A stretch of DNA of 64,000 nucleotides from Pristiophorus japonicus (Eukaryota), in assembly GCF_044704955.1 (NCBI RefSeq), contig NC_091987.1, positions 26,288,001 through 26,352,000 on the forward strand. Reading direction: 5' to 3'. The first letter of the stretch is position 1; each line of letters begins with the position of its first letter. The translations under genes were made by a program, and so were the position numbers. Under the pieces are notes generated by a model. That model was not told the origin of the DNA. It did not search any database and saw nothing but the letters and a program-made list of their open reading frames with translations. This document shows, in pieces, positions 11,858 through 24,704 of this stretch.

Positions 11858-12187
11858 GATTTTTGGAAGGGTTGTGCATCTGTCTGAAGTGTTATGTTAC
11901 AACGCTATTGGCGCAGGAATACACTGCTTCATCGCTCGGTCTCAAGCTGGTAATGCTGTGAGTGGATTTCTTATCACTCACGGTTCGCGCCATGTGAAAT
12001 CTTGCCTTAAATTCCTCTCCATTTGGAGTTGTGACGACCAAATGAAATAACCAATCAACATGGGCCCCTCTCCAGCGAATTTATACCAGAGCAAATCCAT
12101 TCCCGAGAATGATTAGTTCCACGCCAGGTTTCTGGGTTGCAACAATGGAAGGGGGCCACAGAACTAGCGGGTCTGACAAGGAATTAC
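11858..12187 (-). pseudogene. Degenerate TRBV pseudogene with a decayed RSS (not in the ORF track)
   Basis: Acceptor TTCCAG, then GNSLSDPLVLWPPSIVA../DLLWYKFAGEGPMLIGYF/GEEFKARFHMARTVSDKKSTHSITSLRPSDEAVYSCA across two frameshifts; first Cys lost; heptamer CATAACA, 23-nt spacer, nonamer CCAAAAATC. Confidence 0.75.
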
Positions 12188-13549
12188 CTGGAAAGGAATT
12201 GGTGCTCAATTAAGATCGTTCAAAGACACAATTAACTAGGTATTTGACGAATATTTTTATCAGCAACGATATTCATTGCATCAGGAAATATTGCAAGAAA
12301 TTAATTATTGTAAATTTAGAAGCACAAAATCAGCACAAATTCGCAGAACACCCAAGGAGGCTATCTTGCCTACGCAGTCTATATCATGCAATTACAAAAT
12401 TAGTGGGACATTTCACTACGTTCAAGGCGCTATATATAAAAAAGTTGTTGTTGTAGTCTAAACAATTTCTCCTCATTGGACAAACCCGCATCCAAGAAAT
12501 AACTGGCGATCCTTTGCTCGACAGGATTAATCAATCATAATGTGCGGATTCCATGATCATATTTAATGGCCAGGCTCCGAATGGCCCAATCCTGCTCCTG
12601 TGTCTTACGTTATTATGTATTTATGATTTAATTGAGGTGTTCCATATTATCAAGGATTTGGTTAGTGTTACGAAGGAGAAATTGTTTCCAGTGGCAGGGA
12701 TTGTGTAGAATGGACCCATATTCTCTGCAGTTTAGAAGAAAGAGAGGTGATGTCATTAAAAATGCAAGATTCTGAAGGCGGTTGAAATGATAGATGCTGA
12801 GAGGTTGTTTCCTTAACCCTAACTGGAGTTTCCAGAACGAGGAGGTGCAGGCTTAGGGTAAGAGGTAGGCCCTTATTGAAATGCAAGAACATGCTCGAAA
12901 TGCCGTATGGCCTACTCGTGGTCCTATTTCTTATGCCTGTATGTTTTGACATGTCAGTAACCAGAGGACATAGATTTAATGACTGGACAGCGATATCATG
13001 ATTTTTTTAAGCAGTTATTTTGGGGAGTTTGGAATGCAATGTCCGAAAGGAGGGGGAATCAGATCCAATAATAACACACAAAGGGAATTTAATACAGAGT
13101 GGAAATGGAGGTTGCCTGGGCTATGGGAAAAGGGCAGTGGACTAGGACTAATTGGTAGATCTCTCAAAGAGCCGCTACAGGTACGTGTTGCAGAATGTCC
13201 TCCTTCCGGCTGGACCAGTTTGTTCTTTCAGTTAGACTTTCTTTCTTGTGTTTTACTTTCTTTCTTTCCTGATATATTTTTATCTTTTTGTGTTTTCGTT
13301 TTCTTTGTTTATTTGTTTTTTCTTTCTTGTTTTCTGTCTTACTTATGCAATAACTTATTTCAAAAATATAGCAAACTGTTACTGAGTTGGAAATGTGATA
13401 TGGGACTAGGAAGACACATAGTTCTGCTGATAGAGATAATATTAAAGAACAACACAATCTGTGGGATAATTGTCCTCATCATTTGAGTTATTTACCTGGA
13501 GTTCTGTGTAAAAATCGTCGGGGTTGCTGGGGGCAATAAAGAGTGTGAG

Positions 13550-16500
13550 TATGAAGAACCTCAAAAGTAGTAATCTCGGGATTGCTACCAGTGCCACGTG
13601 CTAGTCAGAGTAGGAATCGCAGGATAGTGCAGATGAATACGTGGCTTGAGCAGTGGTGCAGCAGGAAGGGATTCAAATTCCTGGGGCATTGGAACCGGTT
13701 CTGGGGGAGATGGGACCAGTACAAACCGGATGGTCTGCACCTGGGCAGGACCAGAACCAATGTCCTAGGGGGAGTGTTTGCTAATGCTGTTGGGGAGGAG
13801 TTAAACTAATATGGCAGTGGGATGGGAACCAATGCAGGGAGACAGAGGGAAACAAAATGGAGACAGAAGCAAAAGACAGAAAGGAGATGAGTAAAAGTGG
13901 AGGGCAGAGAAACCCAAAGTTAAAACAAAAAGGGCCAATGTACAGCAAAATTCTTAAGGGTCAAAGTGTAATAAAAAGGCAAGCCTGAAAGCTCAGTGCC
14001 TCAATGCAAGGAGAATTTGGAACCCAGGAGAGGGCTCTGAGCTAGTTAGAGTGGGTGAGAGCTCAGATTAACAGGACCCCAAGAAAGAATGCAAAAGGCA
14101 GGATGCAACAGAGCAGGGTAGCACTGGGGTAAGTGTAAACCACAAGGTGATAGGAAGGGACAATATGCATGAATATAACGGGGCTGCAGGAGGGGTCAAA
14201 TCTAAAAATCATGGTTTAAAAACTAGTATTAAAACACTTTACATAAACGCACACAGCATTCGAAATAAAGTAAATGAGTTGAGGCACAAAGCCTTGCAAA
14301 CGGGTAAGATTTGGTGGCCATTACAGAAACTTGGTTGCAGGGTGGCCAAGACTGGGAATTAAACATACAGGGGTATCTGACAATTCGGAAGGATAGACAA
14401 GAAGGGAAAGGAGGTGGGGTAGCTCTGTTAATAAAGGATGATATCAGGGCAGTTGTGAGAGATGATATTGGCTCTAATGAACAAAATGTTGAATCATTGT
14501 GGGTGGAGATCAGAGATAGTAAGCGGAAAAAGTCACTGGTGGGCGTAGTTTATAGGCCCCCAAATAATAACTTCACGGTGGGGCGGACAATAATGAAGGG
14601 AATAATAGAGGCATGTGAAGAAGGAATGGCAGTAATCATGGGGGATTTTAGCCTACATATCGGTTGGTCAAATCAAATCGCACGAGGTAGCCTGGAGGAG
14701 GAATTCATAGAATGCAAACGGGATTGTTTCTTAGAGCAGTATGTTACAGAACCTACAAGGGAGCAAGCTATCTTAGATCTGGTCCTGTGTAATGAGACAG
14801 GAATAATTAACGATCTCCAAGTAAAAGATTCTCTCGGAATGAGTGATCACAGTATGGTTGAATTTGTAATACAGATTGAGGGTGAGGAAGTAGTGTCTCA
14901 AACGAGCGTACTATGCTTAAACAAAGGGGAATACAGTGGGATGAGGGCAGAGTTAGCTAAAGTAGACTGGGAACGCAGACTAAACGGTGGCACAATTGAG
15001 GAACAGTGGAGGACTTTTAAGGAGCTCTTTCATAGTGCTCAACAAAAATATATTCCAGTGAAAAAGAAGGGTGGTAAGAGAAGGGATAACCAGCTGTGGA
15101 TAACCAAGGAAATAAAGGAGAGTATCAAATTAAAAACCAATGTGTATAAGGTGGCCAAGGTTAGTGGGAAACTGGAAAATTGGGAAAATTTTAAATGACA
15201 GCAAAAATGACTAAGAAAGCAACAAAGAAAGGAAAGATAGATTACGAAAGTAAACTTTGCAAAACATAAAAACAGATAGTAAAAGCTTTTACCGATATAT
15301 AAAACGGAAGAGAGTGACCAAAGTACATGTTGGTCCCTTAGAAGATGAGAAGGGGTATTTAATAATGGGAAATGTGGAAATGGCTGAGACCTTAAACAAT
15401 TATTTTGCTTCGGTCTTCACAGTGGAAGACACAAAAACCATGCCAAAAATTGCTGGTCACAGGAATGTGGGAAGGGAGGACCTTGAGACAATCACTATCA
15501 CGAGGGGGGTTAGTGCTGGACAGGCTAATGGATCTCAAGTAGACCAGTCCCCTGGTCCTGATGAAATGCATCCCAGGGCATTAAAAGAGATGGCAGAAGT
15601 TATAGCAGATGGATTCGTTATAATCTACCAAAATTCTCTGGAATCTGGGGAGGTACCAGCGGATTGGAAAGCAGCTAATGTAATGCCTCTGTTTAAAAAA
15701 GGGGGCAGACAAAAGGCAGATAACTTTAGGCCGGTTAGTTTAACATATGTAGTGGGGAAAATGATTGAAGCTATCATTAAGGAAGAAATAGCGGGACATC
15801 TAGATAGGAATAGTGCAATCAAGCAGACACAATGTGGATTCATGAAGGGGAAATCATGTTTAACTAATTTACTGGAATTCTTTGAGGGTATAACGAGCAT
15901 AGTGGATAGAGTTGTACCGATGGATCTGGTATATTTGGATTTCCAAAAGGCATTCGATAAGGTGCCACACAAAAGGTTACTGCAGAAGATAAAGGTACGT
16001 GGAGTCAGAGGAAATGTATTGGCATGGATAGAGAATTGGCTGGCTAACGGAAAGCAGAGAGTCGGGATAAATGGGTCCTTTTCGGGTTGGAAATCGGTGG
16101 TTAGTGGTGTGCCACTGGGATCAGTGCTGGGACCACAACTGTTTACAATATACATAGATGACCTGGAAGAGGGGACAGAGTGTAGTGTAACAAAATTTGC
16201 AGATGACACAAAGATTAGTGGGAAAGCGGGTTGTGCAGAGGACACAGAGAGGCTGCAAAGAGATTTAGATAGGTTAAGCGAATTGGCGAAGGTTTGGCAG
16301 ATGGAATACAATGTCAGAAAATATGAGGTCATCCACCTTGGAAAAAAAAGCAGTAAATGGGAATATTATTTGAATGGGGAGAAATTACAACATGCTGTGG
16401 TGCAGAGGGACCTGGGGGTCCTTGTGCATGAATCCCAAAAAGTTAGTTTGCTGGTGCAGCAGGTAATCAGGAAGGCGAATGGAATGTTGGCCTTCATTGC

Positions 16501-17126
16501 GAGAGGGATGGAGTACAAAAGCAGGGAGGTACTGCTGCAACTGTGCAGGGTATTGGTGATGCCGCACCTGGAGTACTGCGTGCAGTTTTGGTCACCTTAC
16601 TTAAGGAAGGATAAACTAGCTTTGGAGGGGGTACAGAGACGATTTTATAGGCTGATTCCGGAGATGAGGGGGTTACCTTATGATGATAGATTGAGTAGAC
16701 TGGGTCTTTACTCGTTGGAGTTCAGAAGGATGAGGGGTGATCTTATAGAAACATTTAAATAATGAAAGGGATGGACAGGATAGAGGCAGAGAGGTTGTTT
16801 CCACTGGTCGGGGAGACTATAACTAGGGGGCACAGCCTCAAAATACGGAGGAGCCAATTTAAAACCGAGTTGAGAAAGAATGTCTTCACCCAGAGGGTTG
16901 TGAATCTGTGGAATTCTCTGCCCAAAGAAGCAGTTGAGGCGAGGTCATTGAATGTATTCAAATCACAGATAGATACATTTTTAACCAATAAGGGAATTAA
17001 GGGTTATGGGGAGCGGGCGGGTAAGTGGAGCTGAGTCCACGGCCAGATCAGCCATGATCTTGTTGAATGGCGGAGCAGGCTCGAGGGGCTAGATGGCCTA
17101 CTCCTGTTCCTAATTCTTATGTTCTT
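13550..17126 (+). mobile_element. Long CR1 LINE: ORF1 esterase-like C-terminus plus ORF2 (APE endonuclease and RT), frameshifted
   Basis: ORF1 LLPVPR..DGLHL; EN motifs VAITETW, VVYRPP, SDH; RT motifs LDFQKAFD, PLGSVLGP, FADD; tail TTCTTATGTTCTTA. Confidence 0.93.
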
Positions 17127-17927
17127 AAGCTAGTATGCGGGTACAGCAAATAATTGGGAAGGCAAATGGAATGTTGGTTTTTATTGTAAGGAGGATACAG
17201 TGTAAAAGTAGGGAAGTCTTGCTACAACTGCAACGCCTTGAATAATGCGTATTTTTTTGGTGTCATTATTTCAGGAGGGACATATTGTATTGGAGGCAGA
17301 TCAGAGAAGGTTCACTAAGTTTATTCCTAGAATGGATGGGTTGTTATATAAAGAAAGGTTGAGCGGTTTGGGCCTGCACTCATTGCAGTTTAGAAGAATG
17401 AGAAATTATCTTATTAAAAAGTATAAGATTCTGAGGGTAGATGCTGAGAGGATGTTTCCCCTCATGATCTGTGGGGCGCAGTTTCAGAATAAGAGGTCGC
17501 CCATTTAAGATGGAGCTGAAGGTTGTGAATCTTTGGAGTTCTCTACCCCGTTGAACTGTGGAAGCTGAGTCATTGAATATATTGAAGGCTGAGATTGACA
17601 GATGCTTGAACTATCTGGAAGTCAAGGGTTATAGGGAACATGCAGGAAAGTGGAGTTGTGGTAGAAGATCAGCCATGCTCTGAGTTAATGAGGCAACAGG
17701 CTCGAGCATCCGTATGGCCCACTCCTGCTCCTATTTCTCATGTTCTTATATATAATTTGAACTGGAACCCAGACATTTCTTTTGATTTATCTCAATTGGA
17801 AAAGATTTGTTTATTTAACCCGTTACATTCACCAGAAAACGATGTGTGGCTTCACCGATGAGCAGGCGGGATCATGAGCTCTGGTGAATTGAGGTTTCGT
17901 CACTTTAGGCTGTGTTATGGGGCGGTC

Positions 17928-18254
17928 TGTTTTTGACGCAGCCCTGAACCTGGTTGTACCACTATGCGCTGCAGCAGCGCCATGTCAGCCAGCTCCACGC
18001 TCAGTATTTTCAGGTTGCAAGACTTATGATCGGGTCTGGTGCCTCAGACCTATCCTTGAAACCGTCTTCAGGCGTCGGGATGGAGGTGCCAATCGATGTA
18101 GCTATGAACTGAAACTCTGCCCCGCTGTGCTGCCCGTATCAATACGTGGAGTTATAGCTTGTTTCGTTCTGGTAACAGTGCAGTTCGGCCTCGAGCCGCA
18201 CTTCAACTGACAACCGGGTCGACCACAGGGAAAGCAGAGCGCTCCTGCATGGGG
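17928..18254 (-). pseudogene. TRBV pseudogene V exon plus defective RSS (paralog of the 8223 V)
   Basis: Conserved Trp codon is TGA; 13-nt deletion removes YYC; heptamer CATAGTG (17966-17960), 23-nt spacer, nonamer TCAAAAACA. Confidence 0.88.
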
Positions 18255-18687
18255 CTGCAGCGGAACAAGTGAAACAGATCAGCTCAAATATAAACAGGCA
18301 CAATAAGGATGCGGAGACATTTTATATCAAAGCAAATGATGCACAGCACGGTCGATCAGTTCGCCGCGCTAAGATACAGACTTGTCATCTGGGGAGGCCC
18401 AGTGCCAGCTGATCACGACTGTAGCGGCGCTAAATCAGATCCCATTGCTGGGGAGGCATCACGCCAGCTGGCGTCCCTAATTCCTGCACTGCCAATTCTG
18501 ACTTCTTTGCAATGCCTTGCACCGTCAACCAGTCTATGAGGCCGGATTGGTTCTGCTCACTCATTTGGGCAATCTGCCGGGACCTGCCGCCTCGTCCCGT
18601 CCAATCTTCAGGTACAAGGGAGGCGACGAGGCACGTTACATATATTTATAAACAATTAGGCCACAATATAATGGATGTGTAGGGATA

Positions 18688-19204
18688 TAGAAACATAGAA
18701 ACATAGAAAATAGGTGCAGGATTAGGCCAGTCAGCACTTCAAGCCGGCACCTCCATTCAATATGATCATGGCTGATCATGCAACCTCAGTACCACATTCC
18801 TGCTTTCTCTCCTTACCACTTGATCCCTTTAGCCATAAGATGCCACACCTAACTCCCTTTTGAATATATCTAACGAACTGCCCACAAGAAATTTCTGTGG
18901 TAGAGAATTCTACAGGTTCACAATTTTCTGAGTGAAGAAGTTTCTCCATATCTCGGTGGTAAATGGTTTACCCCTTATCTTTAGACTGCGAACCCTGGTT
19001 CTGGACTTCCCCAAAATCGGGAACATTCATCCTGTATCTAACCTATCCAATCCCGTCAGAATGTTATATGTTTCTATCTTATTCCCTCTCATTCTTCTAA
19101 ACTCCAGTGTATATAAAGACACAGTTGATCCAGTCTCTCCTCATATGTCAGTCCTGCCATTCCGTGAATCAATCTGGTGAACGTTTGCTTCACTCCCTCA
19201 ATAG
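18688..19204 (-). mobile_element. CR1 3' end inside the leader-V intron
   Basis: (CATAGAAA)n tail; absent from the paralogous intron at ~8950. Confidence 0.85.
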
Positions 19205-19519
19205 AGGGCTAATGCACCGAAGGAGACCATTTGGCCCATATTTGAAACAACTTTCAGAATGGTCCTACTCCCACAAACGTTCCTCATAGCCCTACCAATT
19301 TCCCCCTTCAGTTATTGATTCAATTGTCTTTTGCAAGTTGTTATCGAATTTGCATCCACCGCCCTCTCAGGTAGTACATTCCAGATCCGAAAACTCGTTG
19401 CGTGGGAGAATAATAAACCCTTTAAAAGATCTAACTGATTGGAACGTATGTTCAGCAACCCGAATATATGTCACCAGATTAAACCGGGCACGAATTACCC
19501 GACAAGTATAACCAGTTAC

Positions 19520-19565
19520 CTGGGAGAACCAGCAAAAGTGTATATATATAAACAATTTGCAGCAT
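19520..19565 (-). pseudogene. Leader exon (MLQIVYIYTLLLVLP) of the 17967-18254 pseudogene
   Basis: 46 nt, donor CAG|GTAAC, paralogous to 9275-9320. Confidence 0.82.
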
Positions 19566-19646
19566 GCTTCCAGACTCTCCCAGTGTAGCGCAGCTGTCAC
19601 TCACTGGCCTATTATTGCCCCTGCGCCTCGTTTTGTGATGTGGCGT

Positions 19647-19659
19647 GGAATTGACGTCA
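19647..19659 (-). promoter_or_regulatory. ETS-CRE promoter element with a perfect CRE
   Basis: GGAATTGACGTCA about 85 bp upstream of the ATG. Confidence 0.65.
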
Positions 19660-21268
19660 TTGCAAGAATGTCCAATAGAACATCACCTCATCCAGGCAAT
19701 GCAGAAGGTTGTTTCTGAGATGTAAGTGCAAGAATAATCAATACACAGAATTGACAAGCAATGTACAATCTATGCACAGTGTTCACGAGTTTGTTTAAGT
19801 TTTGAACAGTTAACCTATACATGCAGACATGCGCTTACGTGTTAAGATTATTTTTTAATTCATTCACGGGATGTGGGCATCGTTGGCAAGATCCGCATTT
19901 ATTGTCCATCCCTCGTTGCCCATTAGCTACTTGCTGGGCCATTTCAGAGGGTAGTTAAAAGTCAACCACGTTGCTATGGGTCTGGAGTTACATATAGTCC
20001 GGACTGGACAAGGACGCAGATTTATTCCTCTCATGGACTGCAGAAAATGGAGAAGCTACCGCTGCCCTCTTTACAACAGCGATGTTAAAATGAGAGTTAT
20101 TGGAAGTGTTGAACATCATGAAGGTTTTTGATATATTAAATGAGAAAACACTGCTTTCAGTGGCATCTGGGTCTAACCAGAGCGCACACGATTTAATGTA
20201 ATTTACCAGAGAACCCGGTAGAGATGAGGCACAAAAACAGAACAAAGTGCCGTCTTTCAGATCAGAGATTAAACTGAGCTCCTGTTTGCTATCAGGAGGA
20301 GATGAAGCACTGCAGAGCCACCACTTCAAAGAATCATAGGGGAGTACTACCCGGTGAGCTAACCAACATCACGGGCAAAACTGATTATCTGCCATTCTCG
20401 CACTGCTCTTTCTGGGAGCTTGCTGTGTGCAGTTAGACAGCCACGTTCCCTACATCACAATACTGGTTGCAATTCACAACCGACTTCCTTGGCACTTCAG
20501 TGCTGCTGGATGGCCAGAGAATGTGAATGGAATATTGAAATTCAGGTGTTTCTTGCTTAGATTATGCAATGCTCTCTGACTTAGCTATTCCCAATTGTAT
20601 ATCAATGCCTTTTGCAAGGTACTGTTGAATCTGATTCCACCACGCTTTCAGGCATTTGGGTTGTAAGAAAGTTTGTGCAATTTGGGCCTGTAATCATTGG
20701 AGTTTAGAAGAATGAGAGCTGATCTTATTGAAATGTATGATATTCTGAGCGGGCTTGACAGGATAGATGCTGAGAGGATGCTCCCCCTCGTGGGGTAATC
20801 TAGAATTAGAGGGCATAGTTTCAGCAGAAGGGGTCGCCCAGTTAAGATGGAGATGAGGGTCGTGAATCTTTTGAGTTTTCTACCCCGTTGAGCTGTAGAA
20901 GCTGTCATTGAATATAATGAAGGCTGAGATTGACAGATTCTTGAACCATTAGGAAGTCAAGGTTTATGTAGGAAAGTGTTGTGGTAGATGATCAGCCGTG
21001 CTCTTGTTGAATAGCAGAACTGGCTCAAGCAACCGTGTGGCCTACTCCTGCTTCTATTTCTTATGTTCTGATATATCATTTGGTTGAAATGCTCCGTTTG
21101 ACATGGAACCCAGAAATATCTTTTGTTTTATCTGAATTAGAATAGTTTGTTTATTTAACCCGTTACTTTCATCCGAAAACGATGTTAGGCTTTTTGATGA
21201 GCAGGCGGGTACATGAGCTCTGCGTAATAGAATTTTCGTCACTTCCGGCTCAGTGTTCCGTGGCGGAA

Positions 21269-21595
21269 TATTTTTGATGCAGTCCCGCACCTGTTTGTAC
21301 CACTGTGCTCTCCAGCAGCGCAGTAATAAACCGCCGTGTCAGCCAGCTCCACGCTGAGTATTTTCAGGCTGCAAGACTTAAGATCAGGTCTGATGCCTTC
21401 AAACCTATCCTTGAAACCGTCCTCAGGCGTAGGGTTGGAGATACTAACCGAGGTGGCCCCGAGCTGGAACCCAGCCCCGTTGCGCTGCTGCTACCAGTAA
21501 ATGTAGCTATCGCTGGTGTCGTTCTGGTAAAGTGCATTTCCGCCGTGGGCCGCGCTCCAACCGACAATCGGAAAACAGAGCGCTCTTGCAACGTG
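21269..21595 (-). pseudogene. TRBV pseudogene (third paralog) with RSS; leader deleted
   Basis: Frameshift at the first Cys, W-TAG stop, intact DTAVYYCAAGE; CACAGTG (21307-21301), 23-nt spacer, TCAAAAATA. Confidence 0.88.
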
Positions 21596-24500
21596 CTATG
21601 GTGGAACAGGAGAAACAGAACGGAAATTTATTCAATGGAAATGTTTACACTATTGTAGATTTTGAAGAAAGATCAATTTAGCATTGTAGTAAAAGTTCAT
21701 AATTTTATTGCAAACTAAATTTCTGTTGAGAGTCGCTGAATTATGGGGAAGAATAACACACAGCGTGTCTTAAATGGACACTGCAACCAGTGAACATAAT
21801 CACCAATATATCCACAGTATTAAAGTCCAGCCAAGTTATCGGGTTATTATGAGCATACAAACAGGCACAATATGGATAGCGAAACATTTTAAGTCAAATT
21901 GTGCGGCACCAGAGTCGATCAGTTCGCCGAGCTAAGATACAGAATCTTCAGCTGTGGCGCCCAGTATCTGCTGATCACGACTGGAGCGGCGCTAAAACAT
22001 CTGGTCTCAGGTCCCGTTGCTGGGGCGACAACACACCTACGTGCATTCGTCAAACTAGCGCCTCCGATTCTGGCTCCTTTGCAATGCCTTGCTTCATCAA
22101 CCAATCTAAGGAGACGGACTGGTTCGGCTCATTCACTTGGGCAACTTGTCGGGACCTGCGGTCACGGCCCATCCAACCTTCAGGTACAAGCAAGACGACC
22201 AGGACATTACATATATTTAGAAACATTTAGTCGGTAATATAATGGATTTGTATGAATACTGATTGCTACAGCATGGAAATAGACCATTTGGTTCATATTG
22301 GTGTGCTGTCTCTTTGTAACATCTTTCCGATTACTCCTACTCCGACAAGATCGATGACCTTTCAGATCGATGATCTTTCGTCAGAACTGGCAATCGTTCG
22401 GAATGTAACACATTCTTAAGGAAGTGCTGGGGCCCATAAAGGGAGAGGGGGCGGCTGGTAAGAACAAAAGAGAAGGTCTATGATGGATGGAAAGCAGAAG
22501 GGATTTGAGAGACAAAGGGGATGATGGATCGAACTGAGAAGGCAATAGCACAAGGAAATAAAGGGTGAGTCTGGAAAGAGTAAAAATTGCCACCTACCAA
22601 GGAAACATGGAGAAACAAAATAAAAATAAAAAAGGGTAGCGGAAGAATGTTTTTTTCTCCCCCAGATGAGGCAATTGTTTTAATTTGTAGCGAGTAGTTG
22701 TGATCTGGAATGCACTGCCTGAAAGAGTGGTGCAATCAGATTCAATAGTACCTTGCAAAAGGCAATGCCTTACCATTGGAAATAGCTAAATCAGAGAGCA
22801 TTACATAAGCTGAGCAAGAAACACATGAGTTTCTATAATCCCATTCACGGTATTAGGTCGTCCCATAGCGCTATAATGCCAAGGAAATCGTTTCTGGATT
22901 GCAGGCAGTATTGCGATATAGGAAACTTCGCTGTCAATCTGCTTACAGCAAGCTCCCAGGAACAGAAGTGTGAGAATCACCAGATAATCATTTTTGACAG
23001 TAATGTTGGTTAGCCCATCAGGATGTACTCCCCTGCGGTTCTTACAGTAGTGCCCTTGGGATGTTTTACCACCTCCGGACAGGGCAGACTGGGCCTAGCT
23101 TTAACATCTGATCCAAAAGATGGTACCTCCGACAGTGAAGCCTACCCTCATTGCTGCATTCGAGTGTCAGTCTCGATTTTGTGTCGAAATCTTCAGTGGG
23201 ACTTGAACTAAAAAGCTTCACAGTCAGAATTCATAGGGGGACTAAAATGTTTCGGAAATTCCTCAGGTTGTGAAAGAGGCTACATAAAACCAAGTATTTT
23301 TTCTCTTTCTTCCTTTCTTGCTTGCTTGCTTTCTTTCTTGCTTTCTTTCTTTCTTGCTTTCTTTCTCTCCTTCTTTCTAGATCCTACCTAGACTCGCACT
23401 CTTCAAGTAATGTGAACGCCGTATTCTTCCGACCACAATACAATACTTCACATTTATCTTTGGCACAGGCACGATGGGATGAATGTTAACACGACTATGG
23501 TTTATCTGATAGGGTGACATGAAATAGGATGGGAGGAGGCATATATGAAGTGCATACAGCGGCATTGACGAGTTAGGCACGAACGGCCTGTTTCTGTGTT
23601 GTATTTATATGTAATTAGTTGTGGTGGTGATCTTCTGCGTCGTCATGCTCTATGTGACAGAGGACGGAGTGAGGTCGGGTTCTTTGACTAATTCACTCAC
23701 AATGCAAGAGCTCCACACATCTGTAACGATACTCACAACGTACATACATCGCAGCGTGTTTGCACGATTTTCTATACAGAGAAAGCGCAGTATAACTTTG
23801 GTAGAAATTACATTGCAGCAATGATCGTCATCCTACCCTGGTGCTCTGATTTACAAAATTGTGATGAAGGAACGAAAGGGAACAGCAATGGCGAGAGAAT
23901 AAGTAGCTCACTGTTATGCACACGGCACTAGGACGTAAGGATTCAATAGGTTAGATGGAGAGAAAATATTACCTCTATTGTTTGAGTCCAGAACAAGGGC
24001 GCATAAACTAAACTTAGAGACAGGCCATTCATGGGTGAAGACAGAAACCACTTCTTCGCACAAAGGATAGTGGCAATCTATAAATCTCTCCCCGGAGTAC
24101 CTGTGGATATTCGGGGTCAGTTAAATCATTCAAAACTAAGACAGATGTATTTAAGTTAGGCAAGGGCGTTTCTTTTTATTTATTCTTTTTTACAAATGTA
24201 TATTTTTTCTTTGCTCTTGGGATCTGGGTGTTGCTGGCAAGTCCAGCATTTATTGCCCATCCCTAATTGCCCTTGAGAGGGTGGAGGTGAGCCACCTTCT
24301 TGAACCACTGCAGTCCGTGTGGTGAAAGTACACAGTGCTGACATTGTCGTAACGGTTTGTTACAACTAAGTGGCATGCGGGGACATAACATAGGGCAGCT
24401 GAGAGGCAACCACATTGCTGTGGGTGTGGAGTCTAGAGTTACCTGTAGGCCAGACCGGATACGGGCAGCAGATTTCCTTCCCTTCAGGCCATTAGTGAAC

Positions 24501-24704
24501 CAGATGAGTTTTATGAAAATCGCCAGTTTCATGTAACTATTAGTGATACTCGCTTTTTTGACAATTCCAGAATTATTTAATCAACTGAATTCAATCGATT
24601 TGCAACTTACATCTCCGAATCATCAGTCCAGGCTTCTGGATTACTAGTTCAGTTACATAAGCACTATTCTACCTTACAGAACCAATGCGGGTACATAAGA
24701 ACAT

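Noticed and set aside
23640-23900. Possible V relic (TGTGACAGAG...GTTCTTTGA resembles the 27.3-kb RSS flank)
   Set aside because: No heptamer at the right spacing and no convincing WY or YYC motifs
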